Assembly (NCBI GenBank): GCA_963827275.1
Contig: CAWHAA010000007.1
Coordinates: forward strand, 128,001-192,000
DNA: 64,000 bases
Direction of reading: 5' to 3'
Source: an uncultured Spirochaetota bacterium
Lineage (GTDB): Bacteria; Spirochaetota; UBA4802; UBA5550
This document shows positions 1 to 9,593 of this stretch, in pieces. Made by a program: the position numbers and the translations under genes. Under the pieces are notes generated by a model. The model had not been told where the DNA came from. It saw only the letters and a program-made list of their open reading frames with translations, and did not search any database. The stretch's first letter is position 1. The number at the start of each line of letters is the position of its first letter.

Positions 1-1
1 T

Positions 2-724
2 ACTCCCGGCGGCGACGAAGTGAACATGGTCCGCATGATCAAGGATGATGACGAGATCGGCATACTCAGGCAGGCGGCAAAGATCACCGATGCCTGCGTG
101 GAACATCTCAAAAAGATCATCCGGCCGGGGGACGGTGAGTGGGACATTGCCGTTGAGATCGAGCACTTTTACCGCAGGCACGGGTGCCGAAAAAGCTCGT
201 TTGAATGCATCATCGCCTCGGGGGCAGGGTCATCCATGCCTCACTACGCGACATCGATGGAGAAGAAGGTCCGCCAGGGTGAAGTGGTCCTTATCGATAT
301 GGGGTGCGAGTACCAGGGCTACAATTCAGACTTGACAAGAACCATGTTCGTCAATAGTGTTGACCCCGCCCTTGAACAGGTGTACCGCGTCGTACAGGAG
401 GCCCAGGAGGCCGCGGTCCGGGCGGTGCGGCCGGGCATCACGACAGGAAAGCTTGACGCGGTCGCGCGGGACATTATCGCAGGCGCGGGCTACGGTGAGC
501 GTTTCGGTCATTCGCTGGGGCACGGGATCGGGATGGAAGTCCATGAGCTCCCGGCGATCAAGAAGGGCGACCTGAAGCTGAAACGGAACATGGCGATTAC
601 CATCGAGCCGGGCGTCTACCTGCCGGGTGTCGGCGGCGTCCGCATTGAGGACATGGTTGTGGTAACGGCGAAAGGGTGCGAAATTCTCACAAAGTCCTCA
701 AAAGATATCATTGTATTAGGATAA
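2..724 (+). CDS. pepP: Xaa-Pro aminopeptidase (M24B), 5' end outside window
   Basis: Frame open to window edge; M24 motifs IDMGCEYQGYNSDLTRT, HSLGHGIGMEVHE, TIEPGVY, GVRIED; directly upstream of efp, a common arrangement. Confidence 0.9.
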   Translation, partial: TPGGDEVNMVRMIKDDDEIGILRQAAKITDACVEHLKKIIRPGDGEWDIAVEIEHFYRRHGCRKSSFECIIASGAGSSMPHYATSMEKKVRQGEVVLIDMGCEYQGYNSDLTRTMFVNSVDPALEQVYRVVQEAQEAAVRAVRPGITTGKLDAVARDIIAGAGYGERFGHSLGHGIGMEVHELPAIKKGDLKLKRNMAITIEPGVYLPGVGGVRIEDMVVVTAKGCEILTKSSKDIIVLG

Positions 725-730
725 TGAATT

Positions 731-1294
731 ATGATTTCAGTAAACGACCTCAGACGGGGACATGTCATCATCATTGACGGCGACCTCTTTTCCGTCGTAG
801 AGCAGCAGCACCACAAGCCGGGGAAGGGCGGCGCCATCGTTCGCGTCAAGCTCCGGAACGTCAAGAAGGGCAACATGATGGACCGGACCTATAACGCGGG
901 AGTTATGGTCGAAGACGTACGACTCGAGAAACGGCCGATGCAGTACCTCTACCGCGAAGGTGATTCGGTAGTGTTTATGGACACCGAGACATTCGACCAG
1001 GAGCACGTTCCCGTTGACGCGATCGGTGATCCGCTTCAATTTCTGAAGGAAGAGGATGTCGTCCAGATCGCCATGTATGAAGGCGAGGTGCTCACCGTGG
1101 AGCCGCCGCAGACGGTGGTCCTCAAGGTCACCTACGCGGAGCCGGGCGCCCGGGGCGACACGGCCACCAACGTGAAGAAGCCCGTCACCGTGGAGACCGG
1201 CGCGGAGGTAAAGGTCCCTCTGTTCGTGAATGAAGGCGACTTTATCAAGATAAACACCGAGACCGGCGAATACCTGGAACGGTCGAAGGGCTGA
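731..1294 (+). CDS. efp: Elongation factor P
   Basis: HHKPGKGGA loop (Lys at the modified position), PGARGDTA, VPLFVNEGD, TGEYLER. Confidence 0.97.
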   Translation: MISVNDLRRGHVIIIDGDLFSVVEQQHHKPGKGGAIVRVKLRNVKKGNMMDRTYNAGVMVEDVRLEKRPMQYLYREGDSVVFMDTETFDQEHVPVDAIGDPLQFLKEEDVVQIAMYEGEVLTVEPPQTVVLKVTYAEPGARGDTATNVKKPVTVETGAEVKVPLFVNEGDFIKINTETGEYLERSKG

Positions 1295-1296
1295 CC

Positions 1297-1524
1297 ATGG
1301 ACTTTTTCGAGCAGATCGCTGCGTGGACAAGGGAGAACCCCGGTAAGACGTTCGGCGCGATGATCGGCTTCGTCGCCGGCATCCTTGTCTTTACCCTCGG
1401 ACCGCTGAAGACAATCATCGTGGCGGTCCTGGTGCTTGTCGGCTATTTCATCGGAAAATCACGGGATGACAATGTCTCCATCGTCGATCAGATCTCAGGC
1501 TTTTTCAGGCGAAATCGTGATTGA
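1297..1524 (+). CDS. Small integral membrane protein (DUF2273-like)
   Basis: 75 aa, W..NPGK..G motif followed by two hydrophobic helices; 2 bp after efp. Confidence 0.7.
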   Translation: MDFFEQIAAWTRENPGKTFGAMIGFVAGILVFTLGPLKTIIVAVLVLVGYFIGKSRDDNVSIVDQISGFFRRNRD

Positions 1525-2766
1525 CGGACGGGGCGCCGTCATCCTATAATCATCCCGTGGACCCCACGCAAAACAATTATCGTATCGTAAAGGATGCGTA
1601 CCGCTTACTGGGAAGGAAAAAATTCCAGGAAGCGATCCTGCTCCTTGAAAATGTCCTCTCCTCCGGGGCTGGTGATGTTTACGTACTGCTCCTTCTCTCC
1701 GTGGCCTATCTTCATACCGACCAGTTCGGCAAGCTCGCGCGGTTCATCACGAAGATGAAGGAAATGGAGCCGGCATACCTTCCGCTCATACACCTGGAAG
1801 CGTTTTTAAAATTGAAATCCGCCGCGTCCCGTGAGGAGGCCCAGCGGCTGTATATTGAGCTCGCCGCCAGGTATCCGGCCGATCCCCATGTCCACCGCGG
1901 CAAGGGCCTGATCAGCGACGCCGGTGATTTCACTACGTTTCAGAAAGAGGCGAGGCTCCAGGATTTTGTCTCGGTCCCGCGGCCGGCCCGCGGGCTGAAA
2001 AAGACAGAGCGGAAAAGCGTGTATTCCGGGGAGCTCGGGCGGCGGGGCATCAGGATCAGTCAGAGGACGCCGGCTCGTATGGAGGCCCAACTATGGCATT
2101 GTGGCCATTGCGGCCATGGCGCTGGTCGCGGCCGCAGGGATCTGGTATGGCGCCGCACATGTTTTCAGCGGGTCGGAACAAGGCATGAGAAAAACGCGCA
2201 CCGATTACGGGAGCGTCGACATGGTGTCGCTGAGCGGCACGGAATATGACCTCGTGAAGAACATCCCCGCGGACAGGGTCGCCGTATATTACCAATCGGT
2301 GCGGGACGTGACCGCGGATTTTGACGGCGCCAGGAAGCTGATCAAGTCCGGAAAATACAATGACGCGCTCTATATCCTGAACGGCCTGTACAACAGCAAC
2401 GTGAACTTCGTGGTGAAGGAAAAGGTCGATTTCCTGATCCGGTTCGTAACGGACATCGATGAACGCGATTTTGATCCCGTGCCGTTCCAGGCGGTCAGGG
2501 ACCGCACCTACCGGTACCGCGGCTATGCGGTGCGCTGGAAGGGGGCGGTCGAACGGGTGAGGGAGCGTGACGACAGCCAGATACTGACCATGCGGATGGC
2601 GGCACCGGATGGCGGAACGGCAGGCGAAGCGGACGTGTACTCCCGCAGGGTGGTACCGGGCGTGGGAAAAGGCGCAACGATCCTGCTCGAAGGGGTGATC
2701 GTCGATTTTCCGGGGAAGGAGCGGCGCCCGTATATCGACGCGAGAAGCATAAAGATCATTGAATGA
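1521..2766 (+). CDS. TPR-like membrane-anchored hypothetical protein, one frameshift near 2050-2100
   Basis: ORF 1521..2249 (TPR-like helices) and ORF 2101..2766 (TM helix plus soluble domain) overlap in different frames and read as one protein. Confidence 0.55.
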
Positions 2767-2807
2767 GCGGGAAACCGCGAGGCGCAGACCGGCAGCCGCG
2801 GACCCTG

Positions 2808-5402
2808 TTATTTTCTCTTGATGACGACCATGGATACGTCGTCGGATAACCGGTACCCGTCAAGGGCCTTCAGTATGGCATCCCTGATTGCGTCGGGACT
2901 GCCGGCGCGGTTCCTGAAAAAGGTCTCCTGGAGCCGGCCAAGCCCGAACATTTCCGTGTCAGGGTCGCGGTGATTTCGCACGCTGTCCTTGCGCCAGGAC
3001 TCGGTGATGCCGTCGGTATACAGCAGCATGATATCGCCGGGCTCAAGCCGGATCTCCATCTCGCCGGCGGGATAATCGATTTTGTCCTTGAGCCCCAGGA
3101 TGATGCCGCAGGTTGGTATCGCCTCGATCATGTCCTTCGCCGCCCGGTACACCAGTATGTCCTGGTGCATCCCCGATGCCGAAAAAACACCGTCCCTCAT
3201 GCATGCCATGGCCGTAATGGTCATGAACTTTTCCTCGTTGAGCTTTTTGATGTTATCGGTGATGACCCCGTTGATCTGGTCGAGAAGCGCAGACGGCCTG
3301 ATGCCAGGCGTTCCCGCGAGAACGGTATGAATTGACGTCTGCACCATCATCATGATGATCCCGGCCGGCACCCCGTGGCCCGAGACGTCCCCGATAACCA
3401 CCCAGTCGAAACCGTCCGCGTTGATGATGTCGTAATAGTCGCCCCCCACCATCTCGGCCGGCATCATGTAGCCGGTGATTTCGTAGCCGGGTATGGCAGG
3501 TTCGAGGGGGATCAGGATCGTCTGCATCTTGCGCGCCAGCTCCATCTCGCTCCAGAGCGCGTCGCGGGCCTTTTTCAGCTCCTCCGTGCGCTCCTGCACC
3601 ATCTTTTCAAGGTTTTCAGCGTAATCGGACATGACGTCCTTCGACATGCGCAGGGTACCGGTCATCTCGTTGAAGCTGTGCGATATCGATCCCAGTTCGT
3701 CATGTACTGTGACGGGAATGACGATGTCGTCATTGCCCGCTCGTACTTCCTTGATCGCCTGCAGGAGCCGTTTTACGGGACGCACGAAGATGCCCAGGAA
3801 AAAAAACTGGAAGGCCCCCAGCATTAAGACCAATATAACCGCCAGGATCAAGATGAATTTCATCGACATGGGATGCTGGTATTCCCGGTATTTCCTGTAA
3901 TCGAAGCCGGCCTCGTATGCTGTCCTGCTCTGTTCGTCATAGAAGACGTAGGAGGTGAAGTGCTGTGATGAGCCCCGGCCTTCCCGGTACAGCCTGGTGC
4001 CCTCCGGGCTCATCGGCGACAACACTTGAAGAACATCCCGCTTGAGCGCGGCGCCGGATGCATGTCCGTCGCCGGCGAGGGCACGCATGGCCTCCTTGAA
4101 CGGGGCCATTTCGGGATGGACATGTTGCAGGTAGTTCTCGAGATGGTTTTTGAATCCATCGTCCGGCATGGCGGATATTTTCTTGGAGTAATATCGCACG
4201 CGCCACTGCAGTGCGCGGATATGAGAAACGATCTGTTTTGAGGCGTTCCTTCCCGGGGGCAGTCTTTTCATGAGGGATTCTATCGTGTCCCGGTATCCCC
4301 TGAAACATAACGTGTTCGTGTCCAGAATGAGATCCAGCTGCTCCCCGGTCCTGCGTGGATCAAGCCTGTTCAGCCGTGCGATCCGTTCATATTGGGCGGT
4401 ATTGAAGAGCCCGTTACGGGCTGACTGCAGATCAACCGGATGTGCCGAGCCGGTGGAATTATTGATTATTGCGGGCATTGATGCGCCGGGTTCAAGCTTT
4501 ATGAGATAAGATATCTCGCTGGTATGGGATCCTGCCTTTATGGCAAGCGGCAGTTGCTGGCGGCGGTAGTCATCGTAGGTCTTGTCGAGATGGCTCAATG
4601 AAATATACGAAAGCCCCTGGAATGCGATCAGAGAGGCCGCAAGTACGATGCTCATGAATTTCGTCATGAGGCTGGTCCGGTCCTGGGTCGTGTTCATGTA
4701 TATTACAAACAGCGCAAAAAAGCCGAGTATGGTCAGCATGTTCTGGGTAATCTGGTATGTGCCACGATCGAGAAATCCCAGCCTGCTCAGAAGGTTCATT
4801 GCTGCGGGTATGGATATCAAAATAAAAACGATCAGGATGATCGAGAGGAGGTATATGCGGCTTTTTGACTTCGAGACGGCGATCTTGTAAAATCCGATAG
4901 CAAGCATGATGACGAGGTAGGTGAGTATCATAATGGCAACCGCGATGCTTGCCCTGTCCGCGTCGAAGTCCCAATAGTGCCCCTCGAAATGATAGACCCT
5001 CTTCGATTCGAACGTTATGAAGATAAAAAAAATCGTAAGGGAGATTGATGCCGTATAGAGGAATACTCCCAGTCTTTTTGCGAAGGCGATGTTTGTTTCT
5101 TCCAGATAATAAAAAACGAATATGATGAAATGGGTTTCTATGAGGGTGACAATGCCGGCCGTTATCCACCGGTGATAGGCGGCAACAGGATGGTAGAGCA
5201 TGGCGGCAATGATATAGCCAAGAAAAAAAACCGAGAGCAAGAGATAGACCAGTCCGAGGTGCAGGGTTGCCCTCGATTTTTCCGGGACCCGGAGTAGAAT
5301 GACGGACAGGGAGAGGGTGAAGGCAAAGGGAACGACGGCGCCTACCGAGAAATAGTTCTGGTATATCGAATCAAATATGTATGATATATAATCTGGCGCC
5401 AT
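2808..5402 (-). CDS. Membrane sensor PP2C/SpoIIE-family Ser/Thr phosphatase with HAMP domain
   Basis: Multiple N-terminal TM helices, HAMP (RPVKRL...DELGSISHSFNEM), PP2C motifs VGGDYYD, IGDVSGHG, LYTDGITE, DDVS. Confidence 0.92.
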   Translation of the reverse strand: MAPDYISYIFDSIYQNYFSVGAVVPFAFTLSLSVILLRVPEKSRATLHLGLVYLLLSVFFLGYIIAAMLYHPVAAYHRWITAGIVTLIETHFIIFVFYYLEETNIAFAKRLGVFLYTASISLTIFFIFITFESKRVYHFEGHYWDFDADRASIAVAIMILTYLVIMLAIGFYKIAVSKSKSRIYLLSIILIVFILISIPAAMNLLSRLGFLDRGTYQITQNMLTILGFFALFVIYMNTTQDRTSLMTKFMSIVLAASLIAFQGLSYISLSHLDKTYDDYRRQQLPLAIKAGSHTSEISYLIKLEPGASMPAIINNSTGSAHPVDLQSARNGLFNTAQYERIARLNRLDPRRTGEQLDLILDTNTLCFRGYRDTIESLMKRLPPGRNASKQIVSHIRALQWRVRYYSKKISAMPDDGFKNHLENYLQHVHPEMAPFKEAMRALAGDGHASGAALKRDVLQVLSPMSPEGTRLYREGRGSSQHFTSYVFYDEQSRTAYEAGFDYRKYREYQHPMSMKFILILAVILVLMLGAFQFFFLGIFVRPVKRLLQAIKEVRAGNDDIVIPVTVHDELGSISHSFNEMTGTLRMSKDVMSDYAENLEKMVQERTEELKKARDALWSEMELARKMQTILIPLEPAIPGYEITGYMMPAEMVGGDYYDIINADGFDWVVIGDVSGHGVPAGIIMMMVQTSIHTVLAGTPGIRPSALLDQINGVITDNIKKLNEEKFMTITAMACMRDGVFSASGMHQDILVYRAAKDMIEAIPTCGIILGLKDKIDYPAGEMEIRLEPGDIMLLYTDGITESWRKDSVRNHRDPDTEMFGLGRLQETFFRNRAGSPDAIRDAILKALDGYRLSDDVSMVVIKRK

Positions 5403-5652
5403 TCAATACCGCAGCCGGAATAAACGTCAGTCCGGCGACGAAACATAAACGCCGCATAAATATCCGGAGCGCGGCGTTAGATTTATCATAAACGTGTTAC
5501 ACCCGAAAGTCCCAATGAAAGTAGTATTGCATGGCTGTTTTTAGATATCAATCAATATTTTGACCGGCCCGGTGTTTTTTTCTATCATGACTGGCGGTGT
5601 GTTATGGCGCCTCCACTGGTGCTGAATATAATGCCCGGCATGCTGCCGATTA

Positions 5653-7209
5653 TCATTTCACCGGGGAAAACATCTCTTTCAGCTCGCGTTTCAGGATTTT
5701 TCCCGATGGATTTTTCGGAAGCGCGTCCGTAAGGATGATTTTTTTCGGGCATTTGAAAGCGGCCAGATTGGCCTTGCAGTAGTCAATGATTTCTTTTTCG
5801 GTGATACTCGCTCCCTCTTTCGGCACTACCACCGCTACGACGAGCTCGATCCACCGCGGGTCGGGGAGACCGATTACCGCGGCTTCGGTCACGTCGGGGT
5901 GCCGATAGAGCACCTCTTCCACTTCCCTGGAGGCCACGTTCTCGCCGCCCGTCTTGATCATGTCTTTTTTGCGGTCCACGACATAGAGGTAGCCGTCCTC
6001 GTCGAACCTGCCGAGATCGCCGCTGTGGAACCATCCGTACGCGAACGCTTCCTCCGTTTTTTCCCTGTCATTCAGATAGCCGGTCATGACATGTCCGGAA
6101 CGGTGAACAATTTCTCCTATCGAGCCGACAGGGACGAAGTTGCCGTCATCGTCCATGAGGCGCGTCTCGACGTTCGCCGCCGGCCTGCCGGCGGACCCGG
6201 GTTTCGGGATCTGGTCTTCCGGCTTGAGGATGGTCGCGACCGGGCCCATCTCGGTCTGCCCGTAATAATTCCAGAGTCGAAGGCCCGGGAAGGCATCGGT
6301 AAGCTGCTTGATGATCTCCACCGGCATGATGCTCGCGCCGTAGGCGGCCTTCCTGAGGCTCGAAAGATCGAAGGTGGCGAGGCGGGGATGGTTCAGCAGG
6401 CCGATCCATACCGTGGGCGGTGCGAACATATGGGTCACCCGGTATTTCTCGATGCACTGCAGCATCTCGAGCGGATCGGCGCGGTGAAGGATTACATTTT
6501 CCACGCCGGTGTAGAGGAACGGCATGAGAAAGCAGTGCAGCTGGGCGCAGTGGAACAGCGGCAGCGCATGGAGGCCGACATCGGAGCTCTCATACTGGCC
6601 GTCGATGATGCAGCTGAAGTACTGGGACATCAGCGCACGGTGGGAGAGCATGGCCCCCTTGGGCCTGGATTCGGTGCCGCTCGTGTACGGTATCTGCACT
6701 ATCTCCTCGGCGCCAACGGTGATTTCAGGGTCGTCGGCCGGCACCGCGCCCATTTCATAATCGAGATCGAAGAAGCCTGAAGGCAGCCCGCCGCCGGCGA
6801 TGGGAATCAATCCCCACATGGTTATGTTTTTAAAAAGGTCCTTTCTTGATTGAAGCACCGGGAGAAGTGAATCTTCGACAAGAAAAATTTTGGCTCCCGA
6901 ATGGGTGACAACGTAATCGATCTCCTCGGCATTGAGCATGTAGTTGACCGGCACCTGGACCGCGCCGATTTTAGCAAGGCCCAGAAGGCTGATGGGGTAA
7001 TGGTGTGAATTGTATGAATTGATGGCGACCCGGTCGCCCTTCTTGACCCCCAGCCTCGTCATGAGGTTCGCAAAACGGCAGGCCTGTTGCTCGAGTTCTT
7101 TGTAGGTAAGCTCTTTTTGCCGGAAGATGCAGGCTTTTTTCTCCGGGAATTTTGCTGCGGTCCGGCGGGAGATGTCGCCGATTGTGTCACGATGGATCTT
7201 GTTGGACAT
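5653..7209 (-). CDS. Fatty-acid--CoA ligase (AMP-binding family)
   Basis: YTSGTESRPKG, YGQTE, WFHSGDLG, DRKKDMIKTGGENV, LPKNPSGKILK. Confidence 0.93.
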   Translation of the reverse strand: MSNKIHRDTIGDISRRTAAKFPEKKACIFRQKELTYKELEQQACRFANLMTRLGVKKGDRVAINSYNSHHYPISLLGLAKIGAVQVPVNYMLNAEEIDYVVTHSGAKIFLVEDSLLPVLQSRKDLFKNITMWGLIPIAGGGLPSGFFDLDYEMGAVPADDPEITVGAEEIVQIPYTSGTESRPKGAMLSHRALMSQYFSCIIDGQYESSDVGLHALPLFHCAQLHCFLMPFLYTGVENVILHRADPLEMLQCIEKYRVTHMFAPPTVWIGLLNHPRLATFDLSSLRKAAYGASIMPVEIIKQLTDAFPGLRLWNYYGQTEMGPVATILKPEDQIPKPGSAGRPAANVETRLMDDDGNFVPVGSIGEIVHRSGHVMTGYLNDREKTEEAFAYGWFHSGDLGRFDEDGYLYVVDRKKDMIKTGGENVASREVEEVLYRHPDVTEAAVIGLPDPRWIELVVAVVVPKEGASITEKEIIDYCKANLAAFKCPKKIILTDALPKNPSGKILKRELKEMFSPVK

Positions 7210-7242
7210 TTGAAGCCTCCCGGTTCAGTTTTTACCAATTTT

Positions 7243-7256
7243 GTATACTAGTACAC
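7243..7256. promoter_or_regulatory. Near-palindromic candidate operator GTATACTAGTACAC upstream of the acyl-CoA ligase
   Basis: 14-bp near-perfect dyad about 35 bp upstream of the 7209 start. Confidence 0.3.
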
Positions 7257-7329
7257 CTCGTGTCTACAAAATTATCCTACCGATTTTTGTGATTTTGTAA
7301 AATGGGAGTGGGGGTCAGAGCAAAATAAT

Positions 7330-7345
7330 ACCGATTGTTATCGGT
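7330..7345. promoter_or_regulatory. Palindromic candidate operator ACCGAT-N4-ATCGGT
   Basis: ACCGATTGTTATCGGT; near-identical copy at 14611-14626. Confidence 0.45.
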
Positions 7346-7378
7346 TAAAAATCCGTTAATTCCCCTGATAATTCCGTA

Positions 7379-7864
7379 TTATACGTTCAATTGCCAGAGG
7401 AAGAAATTCAATACTATGGCAAAGCTGACCCATAACAAGTAGGGGACCAGCAGATAGCCTGCAATCCGGGAAATGCGGTAGAATGACACGAGTGTAATGA
7501 AAATTCCAAACCATAGAATAATGATTTCGATAAAAGCGGCAAAGGGCATTTTCAAATAAAAAAACAAAAATGACCAGAGGACGTTCATGAACAGCTGGAT
7601 CGCGAAGAATGTCAGTGCTATTTTTACCTCTCTCCGGCTCAATCCTTCTTTCCATATAAATGCAAGGGCGATGCCCATCATTAGAAAGAGCAGCGTCCAT
7701 ACCGGCGCAAAGATCCAGTTCGGGGGATTGAAGGACGGCTTGTTAAGGGCGGCATACCAGGTGGGGATCGATGCCATGGTGAATAACGAACCGATTCCCC
7801 CTGCTGCCTGAGGGATGAGGATGCTCGCTATGAGTATTGTCAGGGTTGATTGTTTTTTCACCAT
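7379..7864 (-). CDS. tspO: TspO/MBR tryptophan-rich sensory protein
   Basis: WYAALNKPSFNPPNWIFAPVWT, LLVPYLLWVSFA; GGAGG RBS before ATG 7864. Confidence 0.95.
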   Translation of the reverse strand: MVKKQSTLTILIASILIPQAAGGIGSLFTMASIPTWYAALNKPSFNPPNWIFAPVWTLLFLMMGIALAFIWKEGLSRREVKIALTFFAIQLFMNVLWSFLFFYLKMPFAAFIEIIILWFGIFITLVSFYRISRIAGYLLVPYLLWVSFAIVLNFFLWQLNV

Positions 7865-7898
7865 TGATTTCCTCCATGACACGGATGGTCGTATGACA

Positions 7899-9422
7899 CT
7901 ATTCCGGCAGTCGTGCGTAGATTTGCCCCATGCGCCTGAGCCTGGTGATCATCTCCTCTGATATGCTGTCCTTTTTCATCTTGAAGCGCCAGTTGCCATC
8001 AATCGTGCCGGGACGGTTCATCCTGAACTCGGCGCCGTATCCCGGGATGTCCTGCGCCATGATGATGACCAGGTTTGCCACGCTCCTGAATGCCAGCCGT
8101 ATCAGCTTCCAGTTAAAATCCGGCCATGCCTCATAGCCGAGGTATTCCAGCACGTAGCTCCTTGTGTTGTCGTCGATCTCGTTCCCGTAGAACCAGCCGT
8201 TGGTGGTGTTGTTGTCATGGGTGCCGGTGTAGAGGACGCAATTGCGGGTGTCGATGTTGTGCGGCAGATAATAATTTTTATTGTTGAAGTCAAAGGCGAA
8301 CTGGAGTATCCGCATCCCGGGGAGCCCCAGGTCGTCCCTGAGCCGCTCCACGTCCGGGGTGATGATGCCCAGGTCCTCCGCGATCAGGTGAAGCGGCCCG
8401 GCTTCCTCGCGGAGTTTTTTGAAGAACTGGATGCCCGGGCCTTTGACCCAGGTCCCTTGTACCGCCGTGGTTTCTTTTTCGGGGATCGACCAGTATGCCT
8501 CAAATCCGCGGAAATGGTCGATGCGGATGATGTCCACGAGCCTTTCCAGGTGCGTGATGCGTTTCACCCACCAGCGAAACGTCTCGGCGTACAGTGCGGT
8601 GCCTTTTTTCCATCGATAGAGCGGATTGCCCCACCGCTGGCCCGTCTCGCTGAAATAATCGGGGGGAACGCCGGCAACGGAAAGCGGCCGGCGGGTAGTT
8701 TCGTCGAGCTGAAGTATGTCCTGGTTCGCCCATGCATCGGCGCTTTCCAGGGTAACATAGATAGGGATGTCGCCGATTATCTGGATGCCCTTGCCTTTGC
8801 AGTAGGTCCTGAACTCGTTCCATTGTTTGAAAAATACATACTGTAAAAATTTGTGAAACCTGATACGCCCGGCAAGCTCCCGGCCGGCCGCTGCCATCCG
8901 TTTCGGTTCACGTGCGGCGAGCGCCGGTTCCCATTTGAGCCAGTCGAGGGTTCCGGTCTGCTCGGCGATGGCGGAGTAGAGGGAGAAGTCGTCCAGCCAT
9001 GAAGACTCATTCGCACAGAAATGCTCAAATGGACGCATCTCGTTATCGGGGGCTTTTGAAAAAAAATCTTTGCTGGCAGCTTCAAGGACCGGCATTTTTT
9101 TCGCGATGACATCTTCAAAGGAGACAAAGAGGTCTTCCGCCGGGGCGACCGCTGAGAGCGGGCCGGTAAACCAGGATTCTTTCGCCAGCATTTCAAGGCT
9201 GATGAATAGCCAGTTGCCCGCGAAGGTGGAGGTTGAGGCATAGGGGGAATACCCGAACCGGGCGTCCACCGGACCGATGGGAAGGATCTGCCAGTAGCTC
9301 ATGCCCGCGCGCGCGAGCAGGTCTGCAAAGGCTTTCGCCTCGGGTCCCAGCGTGCCGATGCCGTACCTTCCGGGAAGGCTGGTGATGTGGAGGAGAATTC
9401 CGCTTGCACGTTCCAGATTCAT
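7899..9422 (-). CDS. malQ: 4-alpha-glucanotransferase (amylomaltase, GH77)
   Basis: GILLHITSLP, WQILP, GVPPDYFSETGQRWGNPLY, RIDHFRGF, AEDLG, YTGTHDNNT. Confidence 0.97.
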   Translation of the reverse strand: MNLERASGILLHITSLPGRYGIGTLGPEAKAFADLLARAGMSYWQILPIGPVDARFGYSPYASTSTFAGNWLFISLEMLAKESWFTGPLSAVAPAEDLFVSFEDVIAKKMPVLEAASKDFFSKAPDNEMRPFEHFCANESSWLDDFSLYSAIAEQTGTLDWLKWEPALAAREPKRMAAAGRELAGRIRFHKFLQYVFFKQWNEFRTYCKGKGIQIIGDIPIYVTLESADAWANQDILQLDETTRRPLSVAGVPPDYFSETGQRWGNPLYRWKKGTALYAETFRWWVKRITHLERLVDIIRIDHFRGFEAYWSIPEKETTAVQGTWVKGPGIQFFKKLREEAGPLHLIAEDLGIITPDVERLRDDLGLPGMRILQFAFDFNNKNYYLPHNIDTRNCVLYTGTHDNNTTNGWFYGNEIDDNTRSYVLEYLGYEAWPDFNWKLIRLAFRSVANLVIIMAQDIPGYGAEFRMNRPGTIDGNWRFKMKKDSISEEMITRLRRMGQIYARLPE

Positions 9423-9434
9423 TACCTATCTATA

Positions 9435-9586
9435 CCCCCCCCCGTCCCCCGAAGGGGGCGAGAGCAAGAATAATTATCCCAATGTAAGATCCTTCCTGAA
9501 ACACAGAGTTACAGATTTTTTCATCAAGCATGCTTATTAATAAGACCGGTATTCTCCGCCGTGCCCCCAACGGGGGACAGGGGGGA
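9435..9586. repeat. Inverted pair of REP-like hairpins (CCCCC-N3-GGGGG core) flanking an AT-rich spacer
   Basis: 9435-9460 cccccccccgtcccccgaagggggcg and 9560-9586, whose reverse complement is tcccccctgtcccccgttgggggcacg; related copy at 26704-26727. Confidence 0.55.
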
Positions 9587-9593
9587 TGAGCAT

